From the NCBI RefSeq assembly GCF_900129935.1, contig NZ_FQXJ01000009.1, positions 106,298 to 138,297 of the forward strand: a stretch of DNA of 32,000 nucleotides, read 5' to 3'. This document shows positions 15,764 through 25,054 of this stretch, piece by piece. Each line of letters opens with the position of its first letter. Positions within the stretch are counted from its first letter, which is position 1. Source of the stretch: Desulfosporosinus lacus DSM 15449. GTDB lineage: Bacteria > Bacillota > Desulfitobacteriia > Desulfitobacteriales > Desulfitobacteriaceae. A model generated the notes under the pieces. It searched no databases, was not told the DNA's origin, and saw only the letters and a program-made list of their open reading frames with translations. The position numbers were made by a program, and so were the translations under genes.

Positions 15764-16969
15764 TTATTCAAGATGTGAACTGAGATCAAAGACAGGAAGC
15801 ATGACCCCGCCTGCAACAAGGCTGATCAGCCCAGCTAAAGCAAGAATCAAAACAGGTCCAAGCATACGCATTAAACGATCTAGGTGTTCCTCGAGTTCAC
15901 GGCGAAAAATCCGTGTGACATAATGCAGCATCTGATCCAGTTGACCCGCTTCCTCGGCAATTCCTATCATTTCAGCCCCTTCCTTGGGAAAGATTCCACT
16001 CGAACGCAGCAAAGGTGCCATTCTCTTTCCCTGACGAACATTTAGTACGAGATGGTTTGTCAACGCCAGCATCTCCGGACTGCGCAACGATCCTGCTGTG
16101 AGACGCAGAGCTTCCAACAAGGGAATTCCAGCACCTAATAAGCGAGCCAACATTCTGCTGAACTGAACTAAATCCCTAAGACGATAGACCTTTCCGATGA
16201 GTGGAGCGCGACCCAGCAAATCGTCTAAACGAATTTTCCAGTGATCCGGGCTCGTAAATTTCAGAACCAGCAGACTACCGCCTACTAATCCAACAACCCC
16301 CCCTAAGAAAAGGGGAAGTTTTTGACTGCCGGCAAAAATGACTCTCGTCAAAAAGGGTAATTCAGTGGCACCTACACTTAAAAACAGTTTTTCATACATA
16401 GGAAGAACCCACACGGAAAGAACATAAAGTACCAGGATAACAGCAGTAAACAATAGCATTGGATAGGCCAGAGCAGCCTTAACCTTTTGCTGATAAACCT
16501 GTTCCTGATCTAACTCATCTGCCACTTCACTGAGAACCTTTCCGACAGTTCCCGTGTATTCCCCCGCTTTAATCATGGAGAGTACAAATGCGTTAGGGGA
16601 AGGATTCACAAGGGCTAAAGCTTCTGATAAGTCACTGCCTGATTCCACTCGCTCCTTAACGCTTTTCCATTGTTCCTGCTCAAAAGATCTTTTCTCTTCA
16701 GGGGAGATCATCATTTCCAAAGCCTGAAGTATGGGAATTCCCGCTTCCAATAAGGTAGCTAACCGACGAGCGAAACTGCTCCACTTTAAATCAGCTCTGG
16801 CCGGTAATAATACGTTCTTCCAATTCAGGGTTGCTCGAACCCATACGGGGAAGTATCCTGCCTTCCTTAAGCGGGTTTGAACCTCAGTACTCTCATCACC
16901 TGCCCATGCTCCGTGCCGTATTTTTCCATTTAAGTCGACAGCTTTCCATAGAAAATACTGCCTGCTCAT
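15764..16969 (-). CDS. pilC: Type IV pilus platform protein (GspF/PilC family)
   Basis: 401 aa with the two-fold T2SS-F repeat architecture and three TM blocks. ATGA overlap with the pilT stop. Confidence 0.93.
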   Translation of the reverse strand: MSRQYFLWKAVDLNGKIRHGAWAGDESTEVQTRLRKAGYFPVWVRATLNWKNVLLPARADLKWSSFARRLATLLEAGIPILQALEMMISPEEKRSFEQEQWKSVKERVESGSDLSEALALVNPSPNAFVLSMIKAGEYTGTVGKVLSEVADELDQEQVYQQKVKAALAYPMLLFTAVILVLYVLSVWVLPMYEKLFLSVGATELPFLTRVIFAGSQKLPLFLGGVVGLVGGSLLVLKFTSPDHWKIRLDDLLGRAPLIGKVYRLRDLVQFSRMLARLLGAGIPLLEALRLTAGSLRSPEMLALTNHLVLNVRQGKRMAPLLRSSGIFPKEGAEMIGIAEEAGQLDQMLHYVTRIFRRELEEHLDRLMRMLGPVLILALAGLISLVAGGVMLPVFDLSSHLE

Positions 16970-18012
16970 CTCCTCATGCAGTCAGGGCTCTGCATCTTTT
17001 CCTGAGCCACCTCGTAAGACACCAGACCCCTTTGCACTAAATCCATAATTGCCTTATCCATAGTTTGCATTCCTAACTTGGCATTCGTTTGGATAACCGT
17101 TGGAAGCTGATGAGTTTTGCCTTCCCTTATAAGGCTGCGAACCGCTGGCGTAGCCATCATAACCTCGATAGCGGCCACTCTTCCTTGCTGATCTGCTCTA
17201 GGAAACAATTGTTGAGACATAATCCCCTGTAATACTGCCGCCAGTTGCACCCGAATTTGCTGCTGTTGGTGAGGGGGAAAAACATCAATCATCCGGTCCA
17301 CCGACTGGGTGGCGTCATTTGTATGAAGGGTGCTAAAAACCAAGTGCCCAGTTTCTGCGGCTGTAACAGCGGTAGCGATAGTTTCTAAATCCCGCATTTC
17401 TCCAACCAAAATCACATCCGGATCTTGACGCAAAACAGCTCGCAGGGCATTCGTAAATGAATGGGTATCGTTACCAACCTCCCGTTGATTGACTAAACTC
17501 AGTTTATGTCTGTGCAAATATTCGATCGGATCTTCAATAGTCACGATGTGGCAAGCCCGTGTTCGATTGATATAGTCAACGAGGGATGCTAAAGTAGTTG
17601 ATTTACCACTTCCGGTTGGGCCGGTCACCAGGACTAATCCTTTATGCAGTTTAGCCAGTTCAATACTTACTGGCGGAAGTCCTAACTCTTCCGGACTGGG
17701 AATGACAAAAGGAATCAAGCGAATAACTATTCCGATAGATCCTCTCTGACGAAATATATTAACCCGATAACGTCCAACCCCTGCCAAACTATAGGATAGG
17801 TCTAATTCTCCATATTCAGCAAACCGTTTGGCTTGCTTTTCATCCATCAGAGATTGGGCAAAATTATTTAAATCAGCCTGCGAAAGTTTTTCCATCTGAT
17901 TTTGAACCAGTGAACCATTAATACGTAAAACCGGCGGGCTCTCCACTGTCAAATGAATGTCTGACGCCTTATTCTCTCCAGCCAAAAGCAAAAGCTCTTT
18001 TAATGAAAACAT
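16966..18012 (-). CDS. pilT: Twitching-motility retraction ATPase PilT
   Basis: 348 aa: ASDIHL, Walker A GPTGSGKST, TIEDPIE, RQDPDVILVGEMRD, GHLVFSTLHTN. Typical PilT size with no N-terminal GspE_N domain. Confidence 0.93.
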   Translation of the reverse strand: MFSLKELLLLAGENKASDIHLTVESPPVLRINGSLVQNQMEKLSQADLNNFAQSLMDEKQAKRFAEYGELDLSYSLAGVGRYRVNIFRQRGSIGIVIRLIPFVIPSPEELGLPPVSIELAKLHKGLVLVTGPTGSGKSTTLASLVDYINRTRACHIVTIEDPIEYLHRHKLSLVNQREVGNDTHSFTNALRAVLRQDPDVILVGEMRDLETIATAVTAAETGHLVFSTLHTNDATQSVDRMIDVFPPHQQQQIRVQLAAVLQGIMSQQLFPRADQQGRVAAIEVMMATPAVRSLIREGKTHQLPTVIQTNAKLGMQTMDKAIMDLVQRGLVSYEVAQEKMQSPDCMRR

Positions 18013-18027
18013 TTCTTCCGTCTCCTC

Positions 18028-19725
18028 TTATCCTTGTATTCCGGATGTGACACGTAATACTTCCTCCACGGTCGTAAGTCCTTGGATCACTTTAAACATC
18101 CCATCTTCAAAAACCGTAAGCATCCCGGAAACCATCGCTTGTTGTTCAATGTCTCTGGCATTTTGCATAGATAGGACGAGTTCTTTAATCTCCTGATTAT
18201 ACAGCAAAAATTCATGTACCCCAATCCTGCCACGAAATCCAGTTCCCAGACAATCCGGGCATCCTGCGGCACGATGCAGTTGGTCGACTGACCCCGGTAA
18301 ACGGAGTACCCTTTTCTCCGCCTCAGAAACCTTATACTTAATCTTACAATCTTCACACAACCGGCGCACCAGGCGTTGAGATAATACCCCACTGACCGCT
18401 GAGGCTAAGAGATAGGGTTCTACCCCCATATCGATGAGCCGAGCTAAGGCCTCTGCTGCCGTATTAGTATGTAACGTTGATAACACTAAATGTCCGGTAA
18501 GGGAAGCGGTGATGGCGATTCTCGCTGTTTCTTCATCACGGATTTCTCCAATCATGATCACATCCGGATCTTGACGCAAGATATGTTTTAACCCCACCGG
18601 AAAGCTGAGCCCTGCGGGAAGGTTAACTTGTACCTGATTCACCCCAGACAATTGATATTCGACAGGTTCTTCAATTGAAATAATATTTTGCTCCTCAGCG
18701 TTTAATTCTCTGAGCAGGGCATAGAGGGTAGTGGTCTTGCCGCTTCCCGTTGGACCCACGACCAGTATCAAACCATTGGGACGTTTCAATAAGGCTTGTA
18801 CTCCTGCCTCAACCTCTAAGCGCATTCCCAGATCATTAAGCGGACGCTGAGCCATCTCCGGGTCTAAAATTCGCACAACTATTTTTTCCCCATACACAGT
18901 AGGCATCGAGGACATTCGCAGGTCAACGCGCCGAGGACCTGCGTTAAACGTCATTCGGCCATCTTGAGGAAATCGCCGTTCAGCCACATCCATTTGAGCC
19001 ATCACTTTCAGGCTGGAGACAATACTCCGAGCGGCCTTGGCCGAGAGATCATGTTTTCTAATAAGTTTACCGTCAATTCGGTAGCGCACCACAAAAGCAC
19101 TTTTCCGGGGTTCCCAATGAATGTCGCTGACTCCCTGCACGACAGCCTCGTGTAACACGGAATGAACGAATTTAAGGGTTGGTGCCTCATCCTCTTGGGA
19201 ATCTAACTCAGCAGTCTCGGAAAACTCGACCGACCAAACGCCTTGATTTTGCAAAACATCCTCTGCAAGGTTTGCCAGACGGGCGACGGATTGTTCTACC
19301 GTTAAACACTGTCGAATTGCAGCCTCAATTTCTTCCTTCATAGCAAATACAGGCTCAATTTCCAGCCCTGTAAACATTCTGACATCCCGGAGGGCCCGTT
19401 CATGGGTGGGATCTAACATGGCGACTCTCAAAACCCCGGAATACCGTTCAAAGGGGATAAGGGTGTAACGGCGAGCCATTTCTTCAGAAATTAGACCTGC
19501 TACAGCAGGGTCAATTGCGACCCTGGTCAATTTTACTTCCGGGATCCCCAGATATTGTCTTACAGCCTCCGATAAGCCAGCTTGGTTCAACGCACCCATA
19601 CGCACAAGCGTATCCCCAATTGGTTCTCCGGCCTGCAAGGCTAATTCTAACCCGGCAGATAATCCAACTTTATCAAGAAAGCCATTAGCTAGTAGAAACT
19701 GACCAAATTCATGATTGTTTTTCAT
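18028..19725 (-). CDS. pilB: Type IV pilus assembly ATPase PilB (GspE family)
   Basis: GspE_N domain, Walker A GPTGSGKTT, RQDPDVIMIGEIRD, GHLVLSTLHTN and a tetracysteine motif CEDC...CPDC. The start was moved to ATG 19725, just after the upstream TGA; the tracked 19773 overlaps the previous gene. Confidence 0.93.
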   Translation of the reverse strand: MKNNHEFGQFLLANGFLDKVGLSAGLELALQAGEPIGDTLVRMGALNQAGLSEAVRQYLGIPEVKLTRVAIDPAVAGLISEEMARRYTLIPFERYSGVLRVAMLDPTHERALRDVRMFTGLEIEPVFAMKEEIEAAIRQCLTVEQSVARLANLAEDVLQNQGVWSVEFSETAELDSQEDEAPTLKFVHSVLHEAVVQGVSDIHWEPRKSAFVVRYRIDGKLIRKHDLSAKAARSIVSSLKVMAQMDVAERRFPQDGRMTFNAGPRRVDLRMSSMPTVYGEKIVVRILDPEMAQRPLNDLGMRLEVEAGVQALLKRPNGLILVVGPTGSGKTTTLYALLRELNAEEQNIISIEEPVEYQLSGVNQVQVNLPAGLSFPVGLKHILRQDPDVIMIGEIRDEETARIAITASLTGHLVLSTLHTNTAAEALARLIDMGVEPYLLASAVSGVLSQRLVRRLCEDCKIKYKVSEAEKRVLRLPGSVDQLHRAAGCPDCLGTGFRGRIGVHEFLLYNQEIKELVLSMQNARDIEQQAMVSGMLTVFEDGMFKVIQGLTTVEEVLRVTSGIQG

Positions 19726-19729
19726 GCCC

Positions 19730-20113
19730 TCACCAATGCAATTCCTGATAACCCTTAATGACCCAAGTTCCATTAACTAACTCTAACCGCTCCTCAATTC
19801 TTCGAACAGCTAATCCGGAAAGTCCTTTAGACGTCACTTTATACTCCCCTCCACTAAACTCAATTAGGATATCGACCTGCCCAGTATCAAATGACAAACT
19901 CCCTTGCCGCAGTTCCGGATTAACCAGCAAATGGGCTTTAGCCCACTCAATCCCTCCCTCAGCAATGTAGAGGGCTTGTCTGCTTTGAGTTTCACGTTTT
20001 ACCATGCGGTTCTCTGCATTGGCCTTTAGATAGACCTCCATCCCCAGTCCCGAAAACAAGGTTAAAAGCAAGAGAAGGAGAAGGCTCAAATAACCCGATT
20101 GATTTTGCACCAT
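19730..20113 (-). CDS. PilX-like / minor pilus component with an N-terminal hydrophobic anchor
   Basis: From Met71 of the tracked ORF: MVQNQSGYLSLLLLLLLTLFSGLG... The longer tracked N-terminus overlaps the previous gene and looks non-coding. Confidence 0.5.
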   Translation of the reverse strand: MVQNQSGYLSLLLLLLLTLFSGLGMEVYLKANAENRMVKRETQSRQALYIAEGGIEWAKAHLLVNPELRQGSLSFDTGQVDILIEFSGGEYKVTSKGLSGLAVRRIEERLELVNGTWVIKGYQELHW

Positions 20114-20136
20114 TGTTTTGGGAACCCTTCTATTAA

Positions 20137-20664
20137 TCAAAGTACGGAGGGCATTTGTGGTGCAAGTGAATATACCCGTGGTCTGATAAGCGTTTGCCAA
20201 GTGACAATTTGCCCATCCACGTTTGCCTGTAAGAAGATTTCCCACAATCCCGGCTCCACCTCCGCACATTTCCATCCAATCATACAGCTCGCCACCGGTT
20301 GGGGCACTTCTGCATGTCTCCAATAAAGATCTTTCTGTCCATCATGATCTAAATCATCGATAAAATAGGAATCAAGCCTTGGCAGAGGGTTAGAATCATC
20401 TGCTAAGGGTAACACCTTCAATACACCGGGATCTGTCCAGCTTGCAGTTTCGGACATGCGAATTGCATCAGAGACCGTCTTTCCAGCCGTCATGACGGCA
20501 TAATGTGCTTCCAAGTGATTCTTGAGAGCACGTGCTCCACGCCATTGATCCGTAAACAGCCGCATCGCCATCAGCAAGAAAATGCCGGAAATCAATAAAG
20601 CAACCAACACTTCTAAAAGGGTTAAGCCTCGTTCTGAATGATCCGTCCTCCTATTCAACCGCAT
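20137..20664 (-). CDS. Minor pilin (PilW-like) with a prepilin signal
   Basis: MRLNRRTDHSERG/LTLLEVLVALLISGIFLLMAM. GGAGAG SD. 14-nt overlap with the upstream gene. Confidence 0.7.
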   Translation of the reverse strand: MRLNRRTDHSERGLTLLEVLVALLISGIFLLMAMRLFTDQWRGARALKNHLEAHYAVMTAGKTVSDAIRMSETASWTDPGVLKVLPLADDSNPLPRLDSYFIDDLDHDGQKDLYWRHAEVPQPVASCMIGWKCAEVEPGLWEIFLQANVDGQIVTWQTLIRPRVYSLAPQMPSVL

Positions 20665-21073
20665 AAAGGCTCTCCAACTTATATTGATAAGGGTTTCCCC
20701 GTTCCGTCCAAATGACTTCTACACTTACTTTTAATAGTTGGGGGGTGTCATGCCATTCTGAACATATTATCCAACGGAATTTCCCATCTGTTCCTTCTAT
20801 CGCTCCACCTGGGATACAATTTCGGTCAGCGATATTATCTCTCCACTTATGAGCTGCCAAATGATCCATTGTTGCTTGAGCCAGATTAGCACCCTCCATA
20901 AGAGTTGTGGCCCGGCGAGATTCTGAAAGCGCCTCAACTGTCAATTCGAAAAGAACACCAAATCCTAAAGAGAAAAGAAACAGGGCAAATAATACATCAA
21001 ATAAAACATATCCCTTCGCAGTGTCGAAGTTATTGCTTTTTGGGATGCTCCCTTCCCCCCTCCATGGTTTCAC
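20651..21073 (-). CDS. Minor pilin-like protein (PilV/GspI-like) with an atypical Asp at +5
   Basis: ...DTAKG/YVLFDVLFALFLFSLGFGVLF. GTG start with weak SD. Confidence 0.6.
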   Translation of the reverse strand: MKPWRGEGSIPKSNNFDTAKGYVLFDVLFALFLFSLGFGVLFELTVEALSESRRATTLMEGANLAQATMDHLAAHKWRDNIADRNCIPGGAIEGTDGKFRWIICSEWHDTPQLLKVSVEVIWTERGNPYQYKLESLYAVE

Positions 21074-21138
21074 TCACGTTATATCCATTTCCCAATAAAA
21101 AACCATGTCATCTCTTTAAGTGAACGAAGGTTAGACCA

Positions 21139-21492
21139 TTAATTAGCCGAGGAGTTGTTGACTCGCCCCGACGAATCAAGCTGGTAACTCTGCTCAGAGT
21201 TAAAAGGATTGCTTGGAATTTCATTAAGGTAGGGACCTTGCCAATCACTCATGCCCTTCTGAGAATATACCAAATCAGTTACACTGTGCGGATAAGTACC
21301 GACATCAATCTTGTAAAGCTGGGCGGCTCCTTCGATTCTTTGGATGTTGGCCCGATTCATTTGCAAGCGAACATGTTTGGAGGCTGAACCGTAATAAGGG
21401 GTAAATGAGGTTAGTAGAACTCCCATAAGGAAAAGGACAACCAGAACTTCCCATAAGGTGAAACCTGATAGTCGTGACTTGTTATTTCTCAT
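21139..21492 (-). CDS. GspG-like pseudopilin / pilin
   Basis: MRNNKSRLSG/FTLWEVLVVLFLMGVLL...QLYKIDVGTYPHSVTDL...WQGPYL..IPSNPF is the T2SS-G type signature. The tracked start 21549 is a TTG extension. Confidence 0.8.
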   Translation of the reverse strand: MRNNKSRLSGFTLWEVLVVLFLMGVLLTSFTPYYGSASKHVRLQMNRANIQRIEGAAQLYKIDVGTYPHSVTDLVYSQKGMSDWQGPYLNEIPSNPFNSEQSYQLDSSGRVNNSSAN

Positions 21493-21694
21493 CAAGGAAA
21501 TTCTTCTCGGATAATTCACGCTTCTCAATTCTAAACTCACAACTTTCAACTCAATACAAGATTCCTAACACACAATTCTTCTTCTTTCTCTGTCCATTAA
21601 GAAATCCCTTCCTGACTCGACATATCTTTCTCGAAAATACTTTTAGTTACCATTTTCCCCTATTAATTCCATAGCATTACATCGATATGTACTT

Positions 21695-21706
21695 TTGCAA
21701 TTGCAA
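21695..21706. promoter_or_regulatory. Perfect 12-bp palindrome TTGCAATTGCAA upstream of the pilus operon
   Basis: Read directly, about 200 bp upstream of the first pilin ATG. Confidence 0.3.
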
Positions 21707-21711
21707 TAAGG

Positions 21712-21749
21712 AAAATCTGACAAAGATTCTTTAATCCTTGTCAGATTTT
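21712..21749 (-). terminator. Terminator after ubiD (AAAATCTGACAA-N14-TTGTCAGATTTT)
   Basis: 12-bp stem ending in a T-run on the minus strand, about 80 nt past the ubiD stop. The stem is AT-rich. Confidence 0.5.
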
Positions 21750-21829
21750 GTATACTTCTTGGTTTTAAGCAATAACCTGATTCTCACCCAAGTCTGTCTA
21801 TAAGAACTCAGCAAACTATTGATCTTATT

Positions 21830-23266
21830 TTAGGCCTTATAACTAAATGCATCCTTAAACCCATACTCATTCCATTTTTCTTTGACCACTTCCAGCACTG
21901 GTTCTGATAAAGTGATATTGGTGGGTTTTTCTTTCCATTCATAGGGAATAGTGCAATCCATGATAATCCTGGAGGTAATGTCCCTGGCTCCGATGGGCAA
22001 AGAGGGATCCAAGGGGGTTGAACGAGCCCTTGAGATAATTTGGCAGCCACGCAAAGGATTCATTCTAGTCGTCATTGCCCAAAGGACACGACCCATATCA
22101 TCAGCTGGAATATCCTCATCGACTACGACAATTACTTTAAATCCGTAGGATCCTGTCGTCGTAGCAATAACCGCATTGCCAACGTGATCTGAATGACCGG
22201 GATACATACATTTTACCGAGACGACGGCCATATATCTTCCGGATGACTCTGGCGGTACATAGACTGATTGGATACCGGGAACTTTCATTTGTTCTAAGTC
22301 AGACCACAATGTCGCAGTGCGGTTCATCGCCTGAATCATGTGGGTATCTGTCACAGGTCTTCCTACCGTTGTAGAATGGAAGATCATATCATTACGATAA
22401 GTGACGGCTTTGACATTAATATAGTGTCTGGGAGTAGTCCCTACGCCCGAATAGTAGCCCGTATATTCTCCGAAGGGTCCTTCTGCTCGTAATTCTTCCG
22501 GCCATAACTCACCCTCAAGAACCATTTCTGCATTCGCTGGGATGGGTAAATCGACATATTCTCCTTTTACCACTTCTACAGCAGAACCACGCAGAGCTCC
22601 AATGTAATTATACTCATCTTCTCCCGCACTAATTGTCGTACTGGAAGCCAGGAACATTAAGGGATCATACCCTATAACGACAGCTACTTGCATAGGTTTA
22701 TTGAGTCCGATATATTTCTTCCGGTGTAAGTCGCCATGTTTTCCTTTGATGAACATGACTCCAACGGTATTTTTATCAAGCATTTGCATCCGGTAAGTAC
22801 CCAGGTTGATCCATCCTGTCTCAGGGTCTTTAGTGATACAAGTGGCAAAGGTCCCAATATATCTGCCGCCGTCCCTTTCATAAAATTTAGGAACCGGGAA
22901 TTTAAATAAATCAACGTCGTCCCCTATATCGATATTTTCCTTAACTGCTCCGGTTGCAACATACACCGGGGGAATCAGGGTCTTGCATCTGTCTACCCAT
23001 GCTCTGGCCATTTGAGTTTGGGTCGTCTCTATAGGCATATTCATAGCAATTGCTAAACGTTTAGTGCTGGATAAGGCACCGACAAATACTTTGCCGCCTT
23101 TATAGTCTTTAACATTTTCAAAAAGTAAGGCCGGACCTGTTTTCTCTTCATTAACTTTGGCAATATGGGATAGTTCGAGATTCCAATCGACCTCATTTTT
23201 AATCCGCAACAGTTCCCCGTTTTTTTCTAGTTCACTGATAAAATCCCGCAAGTTCTCATTTGGCAT
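21830..23266 (-). CDS. UbiD-family prFMN-dependent (de)carboxylase
   Basis: 478 aa: MPNENLRDFISELEKNGELLRIKNEVDWNLE, GEDEYNYIGALRG, AEGPFGEYTGYYSG. These are UbiD metal/prFMN and catalytic Glu motifs. GGGGGA SD. Confidence 0.95.
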   Translation of the reverse strand: MPNENLRDFISELEKNGELLRIKNEVDWNLELSHIAKVNEEKTGPALLFENVKDYKGGKVFVGALSSTKRLAIAMNMPIETTQTQMARAWVDRCKTLIPPVYVATGAVKENIDIGDDVDLFKFPVPKFYERDGGRYIGTFATCITKDPETGWINLGTYRMQMLDKNTVGVMFIKGKHGDLHRKKYIGLNKPMQVAVVIGYDPLMFLASSTTISAGEDEYNYIGALRGSAVEVVKGEYVDLPIPANAEMVLEGELWPEELRAEGPFGEYTGYYSGVGTTPRHYINVKAVTYRNDMIFHSTTVGRPVTDTHMIQAMNRTATLWSDLEQMKVPGIQSVYVPPESSGRYMAVVSVKCMYPGHSDHVGNAVIATTTGSYGFKVIVVVDEDIPADDMGRVLWAMTTRMNPLRGCQIISRARSTPLDPSLPIGARDITSRIIMDCTIPYEWKEKPTNITLSEPVLEVVKEKWNEYGFKDAFSYKA

Positions 23267-23401
23267 ACTATATCCCCCTTTTAATTCTTAATAAGAAGAC
23301 TCTTCGTTACCGCAATTTGACCCTGCTTTACCCTTTCCCTTTAAAACCTCTCTTTGGACGGGTTCCCCTTAAATCTCCTTTGATTCACTTCACCTCCCTT
23401 T

Positions 23402-25054
23402 CTAACTTATCTTTTCTTCTTCCATCTTTGCTGTAATAATTTCCCGCAACCTGCTTTTGTTGACTTTAGAATCGGAAGCAAGTGGGAAAGTATCCACGAT
23501 CTCTAAGTGCTCAGGAAGTTTGTATTTAGCAAGTTTCTTTTCATTGAGGAAATTGACCATTTCCTCAAAAGTCAATACCCCCTCCTTATTATTAGGGATA
23601 ACAAAGGCGCAAGCCTTTTCACCCATAATCTTATCGGGCATAGCAACGATCGCTACATTAGATACCTTTGAATGGGCCATCAAAATGTTTTCTATTTCGC
23701 CGGGATAAATATTTTGCCCCCCGCGGATAATGATATCTTTCTTTCGGCCAACGATCATAATAAATCCGTCGTCGTCTATTTTAGCTAAATCTCCGGGAGA
23801 GGCCCAACCCTCGCTGTCATAAGCCTCGGCAAAGGTTTTTACCGGGTCACGGTAGTAACCGCCCGAATTCTGGGCACCACGGAAATACAATTGTCCAACT
23901 TCACCCTGTGGTAATACATTGCCATCATCATCGACGATTCTTATTTGATTGCCCGGCAAGGGTTTCCCGACGGTGGTGCGGCGCTTTTCAGCAGAATCAT
24001 TGATATTAATCCCCGTAACAGAACCCGTATCTTGAGAACCATAGGTACTTATTATTGGGCCATTGAATCGCTGTTCTACTTCTTCCGCAAGTGTAGGGGA
24101 AAGATAACCTCCCGCGCTGCGTATAGCCCGAATTGAGCTTAAGTCATATTTCTCTAATGATTCTTGCATAATCATGGCCAACTGAGCAGGTACTACGCAG
24201 GGAATTGTTACTTTTTCCTTCTCAAAAAACTCCAGGGCATTTTGGGCACTGTAGTCATAGAGCAATACTATCTTGGCAGCTGCTTGGGGAGCACAGAAGT
24301 AAGTTGGAGTACCACCGGCAGCGCCAGCCGCCGGGGCAACGGCACAGAGCACATCCTTAGGGCTCAGTTTCCAGTTCCTTACATGAGTTTTAGAACTCCA
24401 AAGGCGTGCAGCTATGGAATATTCAACAACTTTAGGCACCCCGGTCGTTCCGGTAGTAGTGCTTAAGAAGCCCACATGGGTCGGATCAAATCGTCTCTTA
24501 GTCAGGTAGTCCACAGGATATTTTTCTTCTAAAGGATCATTTACAATATCTTCAAAGGAAATTACCCCTTTAGGAACATCCTCACCGATTACGATGATAT
24601 TTTTAAGTAGTGGCAGTTGTTCCTTTAGTTCTTGATACATTTCATAATAGTCAAAGTTTCTATACGAGCGGGAGATAATGACAGTCGTTGCTTCAATCAA
24701 GGAAATTATTTCTTGACATTCTTTGTGACGCAAGGTGTGCATTAAGGTCATTGAAACAATTCCCGCTTTTTCACAAGCAACCCTGGCGATAAACCCTTCT
24801 ACACAATTGGGCAAATGAACCACTACCCTGGCATCTTGAGGAATACCTAATTCGATAAAAGCTAAAGCAAGCCGATCGCTTTGCTTTTTTGCTTGAAGCC
24901 AGGTTAAACGAGTTCCTTTGGAATCAACCAAAGCCTCTTTATTGGGAAACTCCTTAGCGTTTCTATCCCAGAAATCCGAAAAAACTTCATTCGTCCAATA
25001 CCCTTTGGCAGTAAATTCCTCTACTTCTGCTTTGCTGTACCTAACAGGAATCAT
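23402..25054 (-). CDS. Aryl-acid adenylating enzyme / aryl-CoA ligase (ANL superfamily, DhbE/EntE-like clade)
   Basis: 550 aa. The N-terminus YSKAEVEEFTAKGYWTNEVFSDFWDRNAKEFPNKEALVD resembles 2,3-dihydroxybenzoate-AMP ligases. A3 motif STTTGTTGVPK, and a C-terminal Lys in SKVNKSRL. The start overlaps the upstream stop (ATGA). Confidence 0.88.
   Translation of the reverse strand: MIPVRYSKAEVEEFTAKGYWTNEVFSDFWDRNAKEFPNKEALVDSKGTRLTWLQAKKQSDRLALAFIELGIPQDARVVVHLPNCVEGFIARVACEKAGIVSMTLMHTLRHKECQEIISLIEATTVIISRSYRNFDYYEMYQELKEQLPLLKNIIVIGEDVPKGVISFEDIVNDPLEEKYPVDYLTKRRFDPTHVGFLSTTTGTTGVPKVVEYSIAARLWSSKTHVRNWKLSPKDVLCAVAPAAGAAGGTPTYFCAPQAAAKIVLLYDYSAQNALEFFEKEKVTIPCVVPAQLAMIMQESLEKYDLSSIRAIRSAGGYLSPTLAEEVEQRFNGPIISTYGSQDTGSVTGININDSAEKRRTTVGKPLPGNQIRIVDDDGNVLPQGEVGQLYFRGAQNSGGYYRDPVKTFAEAYDSEGWASPGDLAKIDDDGFIMIVGRKKDIIIRGGQNIYPGEIENILMAHSKVSNVAIVAMPDKIMGEKACAFVIPNNKEGVLTFEEMVNFLNEKKLAKYKLPEHLEIVDTFPLASDSKVNKSRLREIITAKMEEEKIS

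Noticed and set aside
18087-19190. Tracked ORFs 18087..18392(-), 18964..19155(+), 19008..19190(-) and 17957..18196(+)
   Set aside because: All are embedded in pilB or pilT in other frames and have no motifs.
19726-20323. Long N-terminal extensions of tracked ORFs: pilB from 19773, the PilX-like gene from 20323, the GspG-like gene from 21549, the regulator from 29001, UPF0261-2 from 29248 and pilA from 15548
   Set aside because: The extensions use TTG or upstream codons without an SD, overlap the preceding gene or add non-homologous residues. Downstream ATG or GTG codons with good SD sites fit the family N-termini.
23267-23401. Search for a small UbiD-associated subunit (BsdD/VdcD-like) between the ligase and ubiD
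   Set aside because: The only SD-led frame (GTG after AGGGAGG) is 15 codons long, and the gap is too short for the ~75-aa subunit.
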